Origin: Octopus vulgaris
Lineage: Eukaryota
Assembly: GCA_951406725.2 (NCBI GenBank)
Contig: OX597823.1
Location: forward strand, 50,840,001 to 50,904,000
Direction of reading: 5' to 3'
DNA: 64,000 bases
Shown: positions 25,517 to 37,118 of the stretch, one piece after another
How positions within the stretch are numbered: position 1 is the stretch's first letter
How the letters are laid out: each line of letters begins with the position of its first letter
Position numbers and translations under genes: made by a program
The notes under the pieces: model-generated
What the model was told of the DNA's origin: nothing
The model's input: only the letters and a program-made list of their open reading frames with translations
Databases searched by the model: none

Positions 25517-28469
25517 GATTGATTGATTGATTGATTGATTCTAGTTTCAGCTTATGAGCTGTGGCCATGCTGGGGCACCGCCATTTTGTGTTGCCACTTG
25601 GTTTCACTTCATGGAGGCTTTCTAGCAGCTGCTATTTGGTGCATGAGAGAGTTCGATGCAGCTGCCCTCATCTGCCCCTCCTGCCGTGAAGTTGGTTCAT
25701 CTGGGACACCTGACAGGAAGAGATCCAGCTTCATTTTAAAGACATCTGTATCCACCCCATGCAGGTCTCTCAGGTTCTTCGGGAGGATATTGAAGAGCTG
25801 TGGGCCTCGGAAGCCCAGGCTATCACAGTATCTTGTCCTACATCTTGATGGCAGGTTTGGAGTCCTAGGCACCACGCAGTGGCGCCCAGTTCTGGCATTT
25901 GCGTAACTCTCGATGCCAAAGTTCAGGACACTTCCCTCCAGGATCTTCCAGATGTATATTATGGCATATCTTTCCCGCCTACGCTCCAGGGAATATAATT
26001 TTAATCTCTTGAGTCTTTCCCAGTAGCTTACATTCTGCATAGAGGCTATCTTCTTTGTGTAGCTTCGTTGGATCGCCTCAAGTTCTGTGATCAACTTGAC
26101 ACTGGATGGTGACCATAGCTGAGAGCAATAGTCAAAGTGGCTTAGGACAAGTGTCTTCCAGAGGACCATCATGGTTTCTTGTTCTCTTGTTCTAAAGGTT
26201 CTAAGAATCCATCCAGCCAGCCGTCTACATTTCATTGTCAGTTTAGCAACATGTACATGAAAGGTCGCGTCATCACTCATGTGAATACCCAGGTCACGCA
26301 CTGATTGTGCCTCTGGGATTGCAATCCCTCCGGGTCCAGTGTATTCATTGGGTATTGCATTCAGTTTTGCATGCTGATAGTATAAAGCTTGAAACTTTCC
26401 AGCATTGAACTGCATGCTATTCTTTTCAGCCCACTTGTATATTTCGTCCAGCTCACATTGCAGGTGTTTAGTGTCCTCAGGGTTCTGTATTGCCTGTGAA
26501 ACTTTTGTATCATCTGCATAACTTGTGATCGTGGCTCTCTGCGTGGCTGAGGGCATGTCTGAGAGGGCCATTATGAACAGTAGTGGTCCCAGAACAGTGC
26601 CCTGCGGAACACCGCTCACTATTTGTGTGTTAATGGAGGTGGCCCCATTGGCTACTACCACCTGACTTCTATCCTTCAGAAAGTCATGAAGCCATTCTCC
26701 CAGTTTTCCAACTATGTTGAGATCACGCAGTTTGTGACATATCATTCCATGATCGACTTTATCAAAGGCCTTTGCAAAGTCGAGATATATCACTTCCACA
26801 TTTGAGTGGTTGAGCAGCCGTTTCAGCACTCAGTCATAGTGTTGTAGGAGCTGAGTTAAACAGCTTCTCCCTGGTCGGAAACCATGTTGGGTGTCGGGCA
26901 GCAAGTCATTCTCTTCAAGGAAGGTGATCAGCTTCCTTCTGACTATTCGTTCCATGACCTTGCTGATGTGTGAGGTCAGAGAGATAGGTCTATAGTTCTT
27001 GGCTTCCGCTCTGCTACCTCCTTTATGAATGGGGCATATTTTACCTTCCTTCAGTTTTCCTGGAAGTTTGCCAGCTGCAATGAAGCTCTGAAAGAGGAAC
27101 TGCAGTGGTCTTGCTAGGACTCTCTTACATGCTTTTAGGAGGATTGCCGGGAATCCATCGGGGCCAGTAGCTGAGTCTGTTTTCATTTCATCTATAGCCT
27201 TGGTTACATCGTCTTCCTTTATATCGATGTAATCTATCGTCGCCGCCTCTGATTTTATATCTGCAGTGGTAAAAAAGTCAGTTGGATTGGTGATTTGGAG
27301 ATGCCCAAGGGGTGGAGTGAAAACACTCTTGAATTGCTCATTCAGTATTTCACTTACCCTCATTGGTTTTCCTGTAAGTGTGCCATCCTTTTCAAGGAGT
27401 GGCCCTATTCTACAGTGCACTGTAGCTGTTTCTTTGGCATACCTGTAGAAAGCTCTGGGGTTAGATTTTATGTTTTCTATAGCCCAGGCTTCTTTGTCTG
27501 CTCTTTCTTTTTCATGGGAGAGTTGCAGACATTTTTCGATTTCCAACAGTTTTATTTTTAGGCGGGACTTTTCACTGCTTTCAATCTGTTTGTTTAGGCG
27601 ATTTGAAAATTTCGTACGCCGTCTCATTAAAATTTTCCTCTCTCTGGGGATTTTGTTCTTGTGTACAGTGGCCTTTCTCTCTGGGACACATTTGTAGCAT
27701 ATGGCTTGCATTACAGACATGAATTGTTGAAGTTTCACGTCGATGTCTGGCGAGGAGAGACATTCAGGCCAGTTTTGTTTGAGGATCTCTTTCTCAATTT
27801 GTTTCCAGTTTGCCTTATGGTAGTTCAAGCTGGAAAGATTTTGAGGGTTTCTTGTAGGCTGCATGTCCGTGCTCTCTTTTGGCCCGTACATGGTCAGCTC
27901 TATCATGTTGTGATCCGAGAGTAGTGTCGGTGTCACTTTCACATTATGGATGAGATCCATGTCATTTGTGAAGCAGAGATCCAGTGTGTTACCTGCCCTG
28001 GTTGGTTGGAGTATTACCTGCTCCATGTACAGGGTGTTGATGAGGTTCAGGAGGGACCTCGCCTGTCCTCGTTCACATCTTGTCATTCCTGGGAGAGAAA
28101 GGCCCTCGGGCCATCTGACATTCGGCAGATTGAAGTCTCCCATAAGAAGCACACCTATGTGTTGTTCTAATGTGGTTAGAATTTCTTCTATTTTTATAAG
28201 GCAGTCTTCGAACTTGCCCACATGGCTTGGGACATCTGGAGGGCGATATGTAGCACACACAACTACATCAAGTTGCCTAATATGTACAATTAGTGTGTCA
28301 CACACCGAGTTTGAGTATGACAAGAGGACCTGGGGTGTGAGGTCCTCACGGATGTACATAGCAACACCTCCATGACTCCTTTCTTTCCTGTCGGTCCGTA
28401 GTACAGCATACTGTGGTATGTGTAACTCCGCATCTGCTATGTCCGGTTTCAGGTGCGTTTCTGTAAGTA
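25517..28469 (-). mobile_element. 5'-truncated CR1-clade LINE with (AATC)6 tail, inserted in (TA)n
   Basis: Long EN+RT frame, short 3' UTR, (GATT)6 at 25517-25540 on the + strand, TA tracts on both sides. Confidence 0.95.
25609..28467 (-). pseudogene. LINE ORF2 (APE endonuclease + reverse transcriptase) with one in-frame TGA at 26830-26832
   Basis: One frame: LTETHL...GGVAMYI, YRPP, MGDFN, NTLDL, SDH (EN); NYRPISLTS, QHGFRPGRSCLTQLL, YLDFAKAFDKV, GVPQGTVLGPLLF, YADD, RDLGI, SLERRR (RT and C-terminus). The two track ORFs join in frame across CAC TAT GAC TGA GTG. Confidence 0.95.
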
Positions 28470-28490
28470 TATATATATATTTCTGTAAGT

Positions 28491-28549
<59 letters not shown>

Positions 28550-28552
<3 letters not shown>

Positions 28553-28758
28553 GGTGTCCCAGAAGTTGCTCACCACCCTGTTTTTTTAAAAGAATACACC
28601 CCTATTGATTTCAAAAACACTCTATTGAAATTAATAGTAACAAATGCTCAAATTGAGCACCCTCTACAATAAAATATGCCGAAAAAATATAATAAAATAA
28701 AATGCTTTAATTATTTTTAATGAAAACCAGAATGTTGTGTGACTTCTAGGACACCCTG
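28550..28758. mobile_element. Tc1/mariner-type MITE
   Basis: TIRs CAGGGTGTCCCAGAAGT / ACTTCTAGGACACCCTG, TA on both sides, inside (TA)n. Confidence 0.9.
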
Positions 28759-28817
<59 letters not shown>

Positions 28818-28946
28818 TATATATACGAATGAGTGGACAAACAAAAGAGGGGCACTCAGCAAATTTATTGGGGATTACATGTATGGATCAAATCAGTTTG
28901 ATTCGACTTCGTTGGTAGTTTAGAGTTTATATCAAAATGTTTTGAA

Positions 28947-29024
<78 letters not shown>

Positions 29025-29094
29025 ATGTGTGTATAAAATTTAAGAAAGAAAAGGCACACACTTTACATAGTTTTAATATATTTTATATTGTGTT

Positions 29095-29127
29095 TGTCGA
29101 CTGGTTTCACTTTCGCCAATTATGACA
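29095..29127 (-). ncRNA. Degenerate minimal type-I hammerhead-like motif (pLTR copy 1)
   Basis: TGTC-ATAATTG-GC GAAA GT-GAAA-CCAG-TC-GACA; stem I pairs perfectly. Confidence 0.55.
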
Positions 29128-30072
29128 TTGAAATTTATTTAAATATGTATTTTCTTAAGAAAAAAATTGTGTCTATGTTGTGTGTTAAGTTTATGAGTAA
29201 ATGATTCAATAGAAAAATCTAATGGGAGGTAATTGGTGATCCCTATTATTGTGGACAGGAGCGATAAGTGTTCATGTTTCAGAAAATTCAAAAACTAGTT
29301 GGGAGAAATATGTACAATGATGGGTATGTAATCGTGAATTAAAATATGTATAGAGGTCAAAGTTGGTTATGCGTGCATATGTAGACGTGTTCTGTATTTT
29401 CCGATGAATAAATTTACTTTATTTAAACGTTCTTGTATCTTTGCACTGGTAGAAGGGGAAAACTGTGAAATTTGGTTTGATGTTACCTGCACATCTCTCT
29501 ATCTGTTTACTTAAGAGAATCTGTCTGTATTACGGGAATCGGATCTGCTCTTTATGTAGAGTGGCTCTTCATCTCAATGTCATACTCATCTGTCTTATAT
29601 AGTGATATCCACAGCCCGAGCAGGTTATTACATAAGTTAGATTCTCAGAGGTACGAGTGAAGTTGGTTTTAATTGTGAACCTCTCTTCTTGTTTAAAAAG
29701 AAAATCCGTACCTTCAAGTCGGTTGGACCACGTTCCACAGTTAGCGCGTCCACATGTTTTAACCGTTTCCGTGGTTGTTGCGTAAAGCCTCGCATTTGTT
29801 AGAAGATTCTTTAGCGATTTGCGTTGCTTTTTGCATTTGATGAATTTATGTACGATTACATACCCATCACTGTATATATTTCTCCTCACTACTCTAGTTT
29901 TAGAATTTTTGCGTATATATAATTCCTCCCGACCCAATGATGAACAATTATCTTCCCAGTTCAGAATAATAACGATCACCAATAGTCTCCCCTTATATTT
30001 TACTATTTCACACACAAGCTGGACAAGAAAAAATTTTTTTCTTAAGAAAATACGTATTTAAATAAATTTTAA

Positions 30073-30105
30073 TGTTATGATTAGGGAAAGCAAAACCGGT
30101 CGACA
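30073..30105 (+). ncRNA. Degenerate minimal type-I hammerhead-like motif (pLTR copy 2)
   Basis: TGTT-ATGATTA-GG GAAA GC-AAAA-CCGG-TC-GACA; palindromic stem III ACCGGT and GUC site. Confidence 0.55.
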
Positions 30106-30267
30106 AACACAATATAAAATATAATCAAAAATGTACATATTCCTTCTATAATTTTATATATATATACATATTGCAACTCACCACGTGGGGATAATCGAAC
30201 TTCCTCTCTTTCGTTGATGTTTGATGTTTTGCATTCTTGTCCCATTTTGTATTTTATATATATATAA

Positions 30268-30400
30268 GAATAAGTAGAACCGATAGATTAATTATTAGGC
30301 TTACAAAGAATAAGTCCAGGTGTCTATTTGTTAGACTAAAGGCGATACTCCAGCATGGTTGCATTCAAAATGACTGAAACAAGTAAAAGAGTAAAAGAGT
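30268..30400 (+). mobile_element. SINE family A tail
   Basis: AGGCTTACAAAGAATAAGTCC...GACTGAAACAAGTAAAAGAGTAAAAGAG. Confidence 0.75.
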
Positions 30401-31894
30401 ATATACATATGTGTATATGTGTGTGTGTCTATGTGTGTCTGTGTGTGCCTGTGTGCACACATCCTAAAGTGGCAGCAAAAACAACAATCCGATCGCATGT
30501 CAACTACCCATTAATGGTACCCCTTCTTCCACGTTAAGTGGCATTAAGTATATTTGCATCAAATATGTTTCATATTTAAGGCAGCTAAGGAGCTAACCGA
30601 AACTGTCCTCTGAAGTATACTCCTCTCGTCATTGAAAGAGCTCAAGCGCTTAAAACCTCAAATGCCGGCAACGTTTCTCAAGATCTATTTTTCGATAGTA
30701 GAGAGAGCAACATGGCTTATACTATCTGGAAAATACACCACACCTTTCCAGTGACTATCGTATCTTTAGCAAATAATCATCTGAAAAAAAAATGCATTTT
30801 CGTGTGTCACTCTCTCGAAACACTCCTCACACCAAACCTCCTACCGCCCTTTCTAACGCATCTCAAATGGAGGCGGTTTCTCTAAACTAGGCAGTTACAT
30901 ACAATCCTCATCGAAGTCCACTTGACACACACATATTTGCGTCCCTCCTATTGTGCTTCTTCTTCCGGTTCCATAACAACCACTTTGTTGAAACTATCCT
31001 ATAAGTTCGTCAACATTCTGGAATATTCTTCCCGTCGATCCTTCCCTATGGGCATCGAATCACAAACGGTCAAACTGAACATAAATCGTACAGGTCACTC
31101 CAGTGTCAAAGGATTTGCGAAACATGTAGACTATGCCTCTAGGTTAAGTCATAATCTTAATATATAGAATGCTAAATCACGTGATTAGTCTTTTTCATTG
31201 TTTTCATATTTTTCTGACTGGCCGAACGAAGAAAGCAGTAGCTCTGCTGAACGAAGTAAAGGAAAGAGAAAGGCGCCTTGTAATTTACAAATTTTTGAAT
31301 CCATGTAGAAATAGAAGGAAAGCAGTGACACTAATTCTGAATATCAATAACAAGAGTTGATAAAAAAATACATCGGTGAGTATTCTGCCTACGAAGCTAT
31401 CTCTCTTGCCAACAAGTTTTAGATTTTGATGATCCTGTTGTTGATATGCTTCTTGTTTGTGAAGATAATCTCAGCTAATTGGGGTTTTTCAACTCATTAT
31501 ACGTACATGTGACATTCTACAGTAGTGAATTTCATAGGCAGCCACCAGACAGTCAGACAGATATCAGACAATAGACAGCAGACAGACAGAGAACAGACAG
31601 ACAGACAGACAGATAGATAGATAAATAAATAGACGTGTTAAAACATTTAAGTATAGTGGATACGGTAAAATAGAATAATCGATAAATTTGTAGTTAGTGA
31701 TGTATCAGTAAGCTACTGGAAGGGATTGTTGACAAGATCTCGAAGTAAATAGTTTTAACAAGCATTGCATTTATCACTTCGTCTTCTAGTTATTGTTTTT
31801 ATATTCCACATTTTACATATTCCTCTTACTGCTTTTAGTAAATAAGTGTACAGAAATATAAAAATTTGTTGAAGACTAACCTAAACGTATATAA

Positions 31895-32198
31895 GTGGAG
31901 GCACATGGCCTAGTGGTTAGAGCAGTGGACTCGCGGGCGAGGAATCGCGAGTTCGAATCTCAGACCGGGTGATGTGTGTGTTTATGAGCGAAACACCTAA
32001 TCTCCATGCGGCTCCGACAGAAGGTAATGGCGAACTTCTGCTGACTCTTTCGCCACAACTTTCTCTCACTCTTTCCTCCTGCATCTTGCAGCTCACTTGT
32101 GACGGACCGGCGTCCCGTCCAGGTGGGGAACCTATACGCCAAGGAAACCGGGAAACCGGCTCTTACGAGCCAGGCATGGCTCGAGAAGGAATAAACGT
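31895..32198 (+). mobile_element. SINE family D with tail X
   Basis: tRNA-like head TGGCCTAGTGGTTAG...GAGTTCGAATCTC; TSD ACGTATATAA (31885-31894, 32199-32208); near-identical copy at 63777. Confidence 0.9.
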
Positions 32199-32308
32199 AC
32201 GTATATAAACATGTATATCTGCAGAAATGGAATAAACACCCTCAAAAAACATGGAGATACACGCGAAAGTACACACATTTATTCACTCATAACAAGTAGT
32301 AGTAGCAA

Positions 32309-32351
<43 letters not shown>

Positions 32352-32361
32352 AATTACAATA

Positions 32362-33062
32362 ATTCTTTCTACAATAGGCACAAGGCCTAAAATTTTTCGA
32401 GGAGGGGACTAGTCGATTACATCCAGTGTTTCACTGGTGCTTCATTTATCGACCTAGAGAGGATGAAAGGCAAAGTCAACCTCGGTAGAATTTGAACTCA
32501 GAACGTAGCGGCGGGTGATTTCCCGCTAAGAATTTTGTCCAGCGTACTAACGATTCTAGCAGCTCGCTGCCTTAATAAAAATACTAACAATAATATTCGT
32601 TTCAAATTTTGGCACAAGGCCAGAAGTTTCGAGGGAGAGGTTTAGTTGATTACAATAATCCTTTCTACTGGAATTTGGTTGGAGGAAACTAGTCGATTAC
32701 ATCGACCCCAGTTCTCTACTAGTACTTATTTTATCGACCCCCAAAACATGAAAGGTAAAGTTGACCTCGGGGCGGAATTTGAATTAATGAAAAGATGGAC
32801 GAAATGCCGCGAAACATTTGCCCTATGTGCTAACGGTTCTGCTAGATCGACGCCTGAGTACTAATCCTTTCTACTGAAATTTGGTGAGAGGGGACCAGTC
32901 GATTACATCGATTCTAGTGTTTCACTGGTACTTAATCCATCGACTTAGAAAAGATAAAGGCAAAGTCGACCTCGGCGGAATTTGAACTCAAAACTTGAGC
33001 CGGATGAAATGCCGCTAAGTATTTCCCCAGCGTGCTAACGATTCTGCCAGCTCACCGCCTTC
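32362..33062 (-). mobile_element. Tandem cluster of three SINE family B copies
   Basis: Core and B-box repeated at ~32450, ~32730 and ~32940. Confidence 0.8.
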
Positions 33063-33079
33063 GACGCCTTAATAATAAA

Positions 33080-36000
33080 AAATTATTTTCTTTATTCACC
33101 ACCGAGTGTTTATATAAAACAGTGGGAATGGCACAGGAAAACACAACACAAAATGAGTGGGATTGAAGCAGGTAAAAACAATAACAATAAAATTATTACA
33201 ATTATATCTCTAAAAGAGGGTGACTCCCAAGGACTGCTCGTGGAAACCTCACAAGAATCACGATCGCTCTGATCTCCAGGACAAATGCTCTCTCCACTTC
33301 AGATTCTCTCGATCTAGTGGTGCCTGCTTAGAGTACGCCCGTTCACTCGGGCCATTCCCGCTACATTCACCCATCTTTTAACAAAAATTACTGAGAGGCA
33401 CCAGTGCTTCTCTCTCTTCTTTCATTTTCCTTTTCAAGTGAAAACTGAAAATGTTTAATGAGGACTTGGCCAAAGAGGAAAGTGCTTGTCTTCAGCCCTT
33501 TCAACCTGGTCCACTACACGACCTCTTTCGCTAAGGCCACCAGACAAAGAAATACTGCTTACTTTTCCCTGGCAAAAGAAGTCGGCGGAGAAATCTTCAC
33601 GATGGACTCAGCTGATATCTGGATCCGTCCTACACTCGACAGCAGGTGTTTGACATAAACCCACAACTCAGCAATGCTCAGGCACTGGGCGAGAGAGTGC
33701 AGAACAGTTTCGTCGCTCAGTGCATATATCAGACAAGTGCGGCTGACGGCACTTCCCCGCCTGCAGAGTTTATCCCGAACCGGCCATGTAGCACTGTTAA
33801 GCCAGGGATTTCTGGAAGTTATCAGTGCTCCTCGGCCCGAAAGTAACTTCGGGAGAGACCAGCTGACTCATTCTCATCGACTCCTAGAGTTTCCACAAGA
33901 ACGTCATTGCGCTTGCCCACCACTAACTCTCAATAAGAACGTCTGAGTGGAGCTTCCATCGACTGCATTGTTCGACTGACAGAGGACTATGAGTGCCTGA
34001 CGACACTCTAACTGCCAGGCGCCCTTCCTCAGTCTGCGCTTGATTCAAGACTGCAGCTCGGGTAAAGAAATGAGTTGTGGAAAATCGTGTCTGACAGAGA
34101 GCAGCCATATTTGCTCACCGCCTCGTATTCTTTTGGAGCAGTGCCGACCAGGTCTATGCGCATGCTATTTGGCACTATGACGGTGATGTCGTCTGCGTAT
34201 GCCGACACGGTTCTCCCATGTCCTAGTTCGCGCTGGATGCTTCCCAACGCCTCCAATTTCTGCAGTAAGGGCTCAAGAACCAGTACATACAGGAAAGATG
34301 AGAGGGGATATTCCTGATGGACTGAACGCGTGATGTTGAATTGTTAGACTGTCGAAAACGTCTTAGTAGGCTTTTGCGCTCCCCTCAACTTCCCTCATAT
34401 TTTGTGAAGCTTTTGGGCTCTGCTCATCCAACAAGTAGCCCTATACAATCCAAACGTTCGTTCAGGATGGCTTTCCAATTCTCTTTTAGCACTAAAGGTT
34501 CAGACTTTCTCAGGAAAACCTCCAGATGTCTGAAGAAATCTGGTTGTCCTGCCTCTGTCAGTGCATAAAGAGCCACCAATCTGAAAGCATCTCCGTCGCT
34601 ACTATTCACATCCAGGGCGACTAGCTTACCTTCTGGGTCCACGAAGATAGTCATTATCTTGAAATCCAGACCTCTCCTTATCAACACCTAAGTTTCACTC
34701 CCCATTCCCGGTTAAAATGGAGATAAGTAAATCTCGTATGTATCGACAACACGTACGTTGATGAGTCTGGTTTCACTACATCTACACTTAATGACCTGAG
34801 CTCATTGAACTGTTTCCAAGGTGACCCCAGGCCACGTATATTTATGCTGCCTGTTCTGAGCAGAGTTATATTTGTAAGATAGGAGAATGAAGAGAATCAC
34901 TTACCCTGCTTCTGTGGAGAGACATGCTCTGCCCTTCTGGCTATTTGTGGGTGTCTCCATGAAAATTTCTTCATACACTCTATTATATATGGCCCAACGA
35001 AAATCTCCAAAACCTTTGGTATAATTTGCTTTCAGTATTTTTGTTGTGTTGCTTTTATATTTTTTGTGTGAAAAATGGTATTATGCGGGTGTGTGAAGCA
35101 TTCATTCAGAGTAATGTCTGTGTATTTTTGAATATGCTTTATGTTCTTGTTTATGTCTATGGCCGAGTAATTAGTGATGCCTTGAGTGTATTGTTCATGT
35201 TGTTGGTCTGGATTGCTATGTGTTTTCGTTTGTTAATGTGTTTCTAATGTTGGTGGTGTTTGTAGTGTTGAAAATGTTTGTAATTGTGTTGTGGGTGAAG
35301 CTTCTCTTGGTTGCGATGGCATATATGTTGCTATAGTTTTTTTGAGTGCGGTACCACTGCTGCCTTTTCTGTTGATGCTGTTGTTGATTTGGTTTTGGTT
35401 GCTGCTGCTCTTGGAACTGATATTGTTGTTGTAGGTGGTGGTGCTGTAGTTGCTTTTGTTGCTGTTATTGTTGATGTGTTGGCGGTGTCCGCAGCAGCGG
35501 GGTTTTCTTTTCTATGTATGTGATAGAAAGCTTTTTAATGTTTTGTTTCCCCTCATATGTGATATCTCGGCTTTCTGCTCTCTATTGTCACAAATAACTG
35601 TGTTCCATTTGGTAGATTGATCAGGTCAGGAATGGCTTTAACACTCACAAATCGGCGTGTAACCCCAATTCCATGCCCGTGTCAAACTAATACTCCTTTC
35701 CCATTTTTTGAGCATGCAGAATTATTATTTTGTCCTCCATGCCGTATAATAACGGCCGCTACCAGCAAAGAGATGTCAACTTCTAGCTGCACCCCACTAC
35801 CTTTATTTTGATAACCCTCCGACCAAGGTATGTTGGAAATAGCTAAAATTCCTCATTTTTGAAGGTTGTTTTGGCATTTTATTTGTATAATTCTTCAGTT
35901 GAAAATCATACCTCAACTGTGCCAAAGCGTCTTCGACGGGCGCCATAAGGTTTAAACCCCAGACCGATCTCAGACATTTTCGATCGGTGCCTGCGTCATT

Positions 36001-36648
36001 CGCTCCATTCTCTTCATATCAGTTAAGCGATATGAATAATATACATAATGTTTTTTTTTCTTGGTGCTTCTTGAACTTCCACAGCTTTGTGGAGGAAGAC
36101 TGTTCTGCAAGTCTTTAAGAGTCGTTCAACATTTTTTGTATCAACTTGACTTATTCTATTTTCCGACAAACTTGTGCGCAATCGTTCGCATTCTGCTTAG
36201 AAAAAAGAACGGCCGCTGTTGGTATTCTATTAGTGTTTGTGGTGGTGGTATTAATGTTAAGGGCGGTGGTGGAGGTCGTGCTCGCGTTATTTTTAGATAC
36301 ATCTTGCTCATCGGTACTGTCGCTTCTTTTGTTGTGGTTGTTGCAATCTGTGTTTTGTTTTTTGACAAAATCGACTAATGGTGCGAAAATAATGTCATAG
36401 TAGCTATTCCAGCGACCTTCGCTTCTCTCGATTTGGGAAGCCATATTGCTATTTTTGTTTTAAAATATTAAATTTGCAATCCTAACTCAAAATTCGACCT
36501 TAAAAAGGGCGAATTCTCGCCAGGGCAGCTTCCAATTGCAGCGAGCCTGGTTATTTAGTTAACAGTCCAATAAAATTTGGAATACCAACGAATAAAACAA
36601 CAAATTTTAAAGAAACTTAAGAGCCGAGAACACGCGTCCTCTTGCTTC
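33080..36648 (-). mobile_element. Degraded L1/Tx1-clade LINE with both ends and an internal deletion
   Basis: Putative ORF1 start at 36444; EN remnant DPEGKLVALDV..FRLVALYA..PDFFRHLEVFL (34424-34690); RT LYVLVLEPLLQKL and SAYADDIT (~34180-34300); 3' end GTGGTGAATAAAGAAAATAA at ~33082-33101. Confidence 0.75.
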
Positions 36649-36650
36649 AG

Positions 36651-36880
36651 TGGCGAACTGGTAGAAGTGTTAGCACGCCGGGCGAAATGCTTAGCAGTAT
36701 TTCGTCTGCAGTTACGTTCTGAGTTCAAATTCCACCGAGGTCGACTTTGCCTTTCATCCTTTCGGGGTCGATGAAATAAGTACCAGTTGCGTACTAGGGT
36801 CGATGTAATCGACTTAATCCGTTTGTCAGTCCTTGTTTGTCCTCTCTATGTTTAGCTCCCTGAGGGCAATAAAGAAATGA
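36651..36880 (+). mobile_element. SINE family B (tail 1), full length
   Basis: Head, B-box GAGTTCAAATTCC, core GCCTTTCATCCTTTCGGGGTCGAT, tail ending GGCAATAAAGAAAT. Confidence 0.9.
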
Positions 36881-36902
36881 ATAATAATAATACTAATAAT
36901 AA

Positions 36903-37118
36903 TGGTTTCAAATTTTGCCTCAAGGGCAGCCATTTGAGGTGGAGGGGATAAATCATTATCATCGACCCCAATATTTCACTGGTACTTAATGTATCAACCC
37001 CGAAAGGATGAAAGGCAAAGTAGAGCTCGATGGAATTTGAACTCAGAACGTAAGGACAAACTCAATGCCGCTAAGCATTTTACACGGTATGCTAACGATT
37101 CTGCCAGCTCGCTACCTT
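36903..37118 (-). mobile_element. SINE family B, tail-to-tail with the previous copy
   Basis: Core and head on the minus strand. Confidence 0.8.

Larger units (their letters stand above)
29033..30158 (-). mobile_element. Penelope-like element 3' fragment (GIY-YIG) with inverted pseudo-LTR
   Basis: Minus frame CGRANCGTW...FTIKTNFTRTSENLTYVITCSGCGYHYIRQ (GIY-YIG with Cys motifs); ~300-bp diverged inverted repeats at 29033-29338 and 29850-30158. Confidence 0.8.

Noticed and set aside
26830-26832. Programmed readthrough or selenocysteine at the in-frame TGA
   Set aside because: A single TGG-to-TGA change in a 5'-truncated dead copy is simpler, and no SECIS is evident.
30922-31167. 81-aa ORF with a faint integrase-like look
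   Set aside because: No convincing catalytic motifs.
31895-31970. tRNA gene (also at 43277 and 63777)
   Set aside because: A and B boxes are present, but the sequence continues into a SINE body (with a TSD at 31895) and I see no complete cloverleaf.
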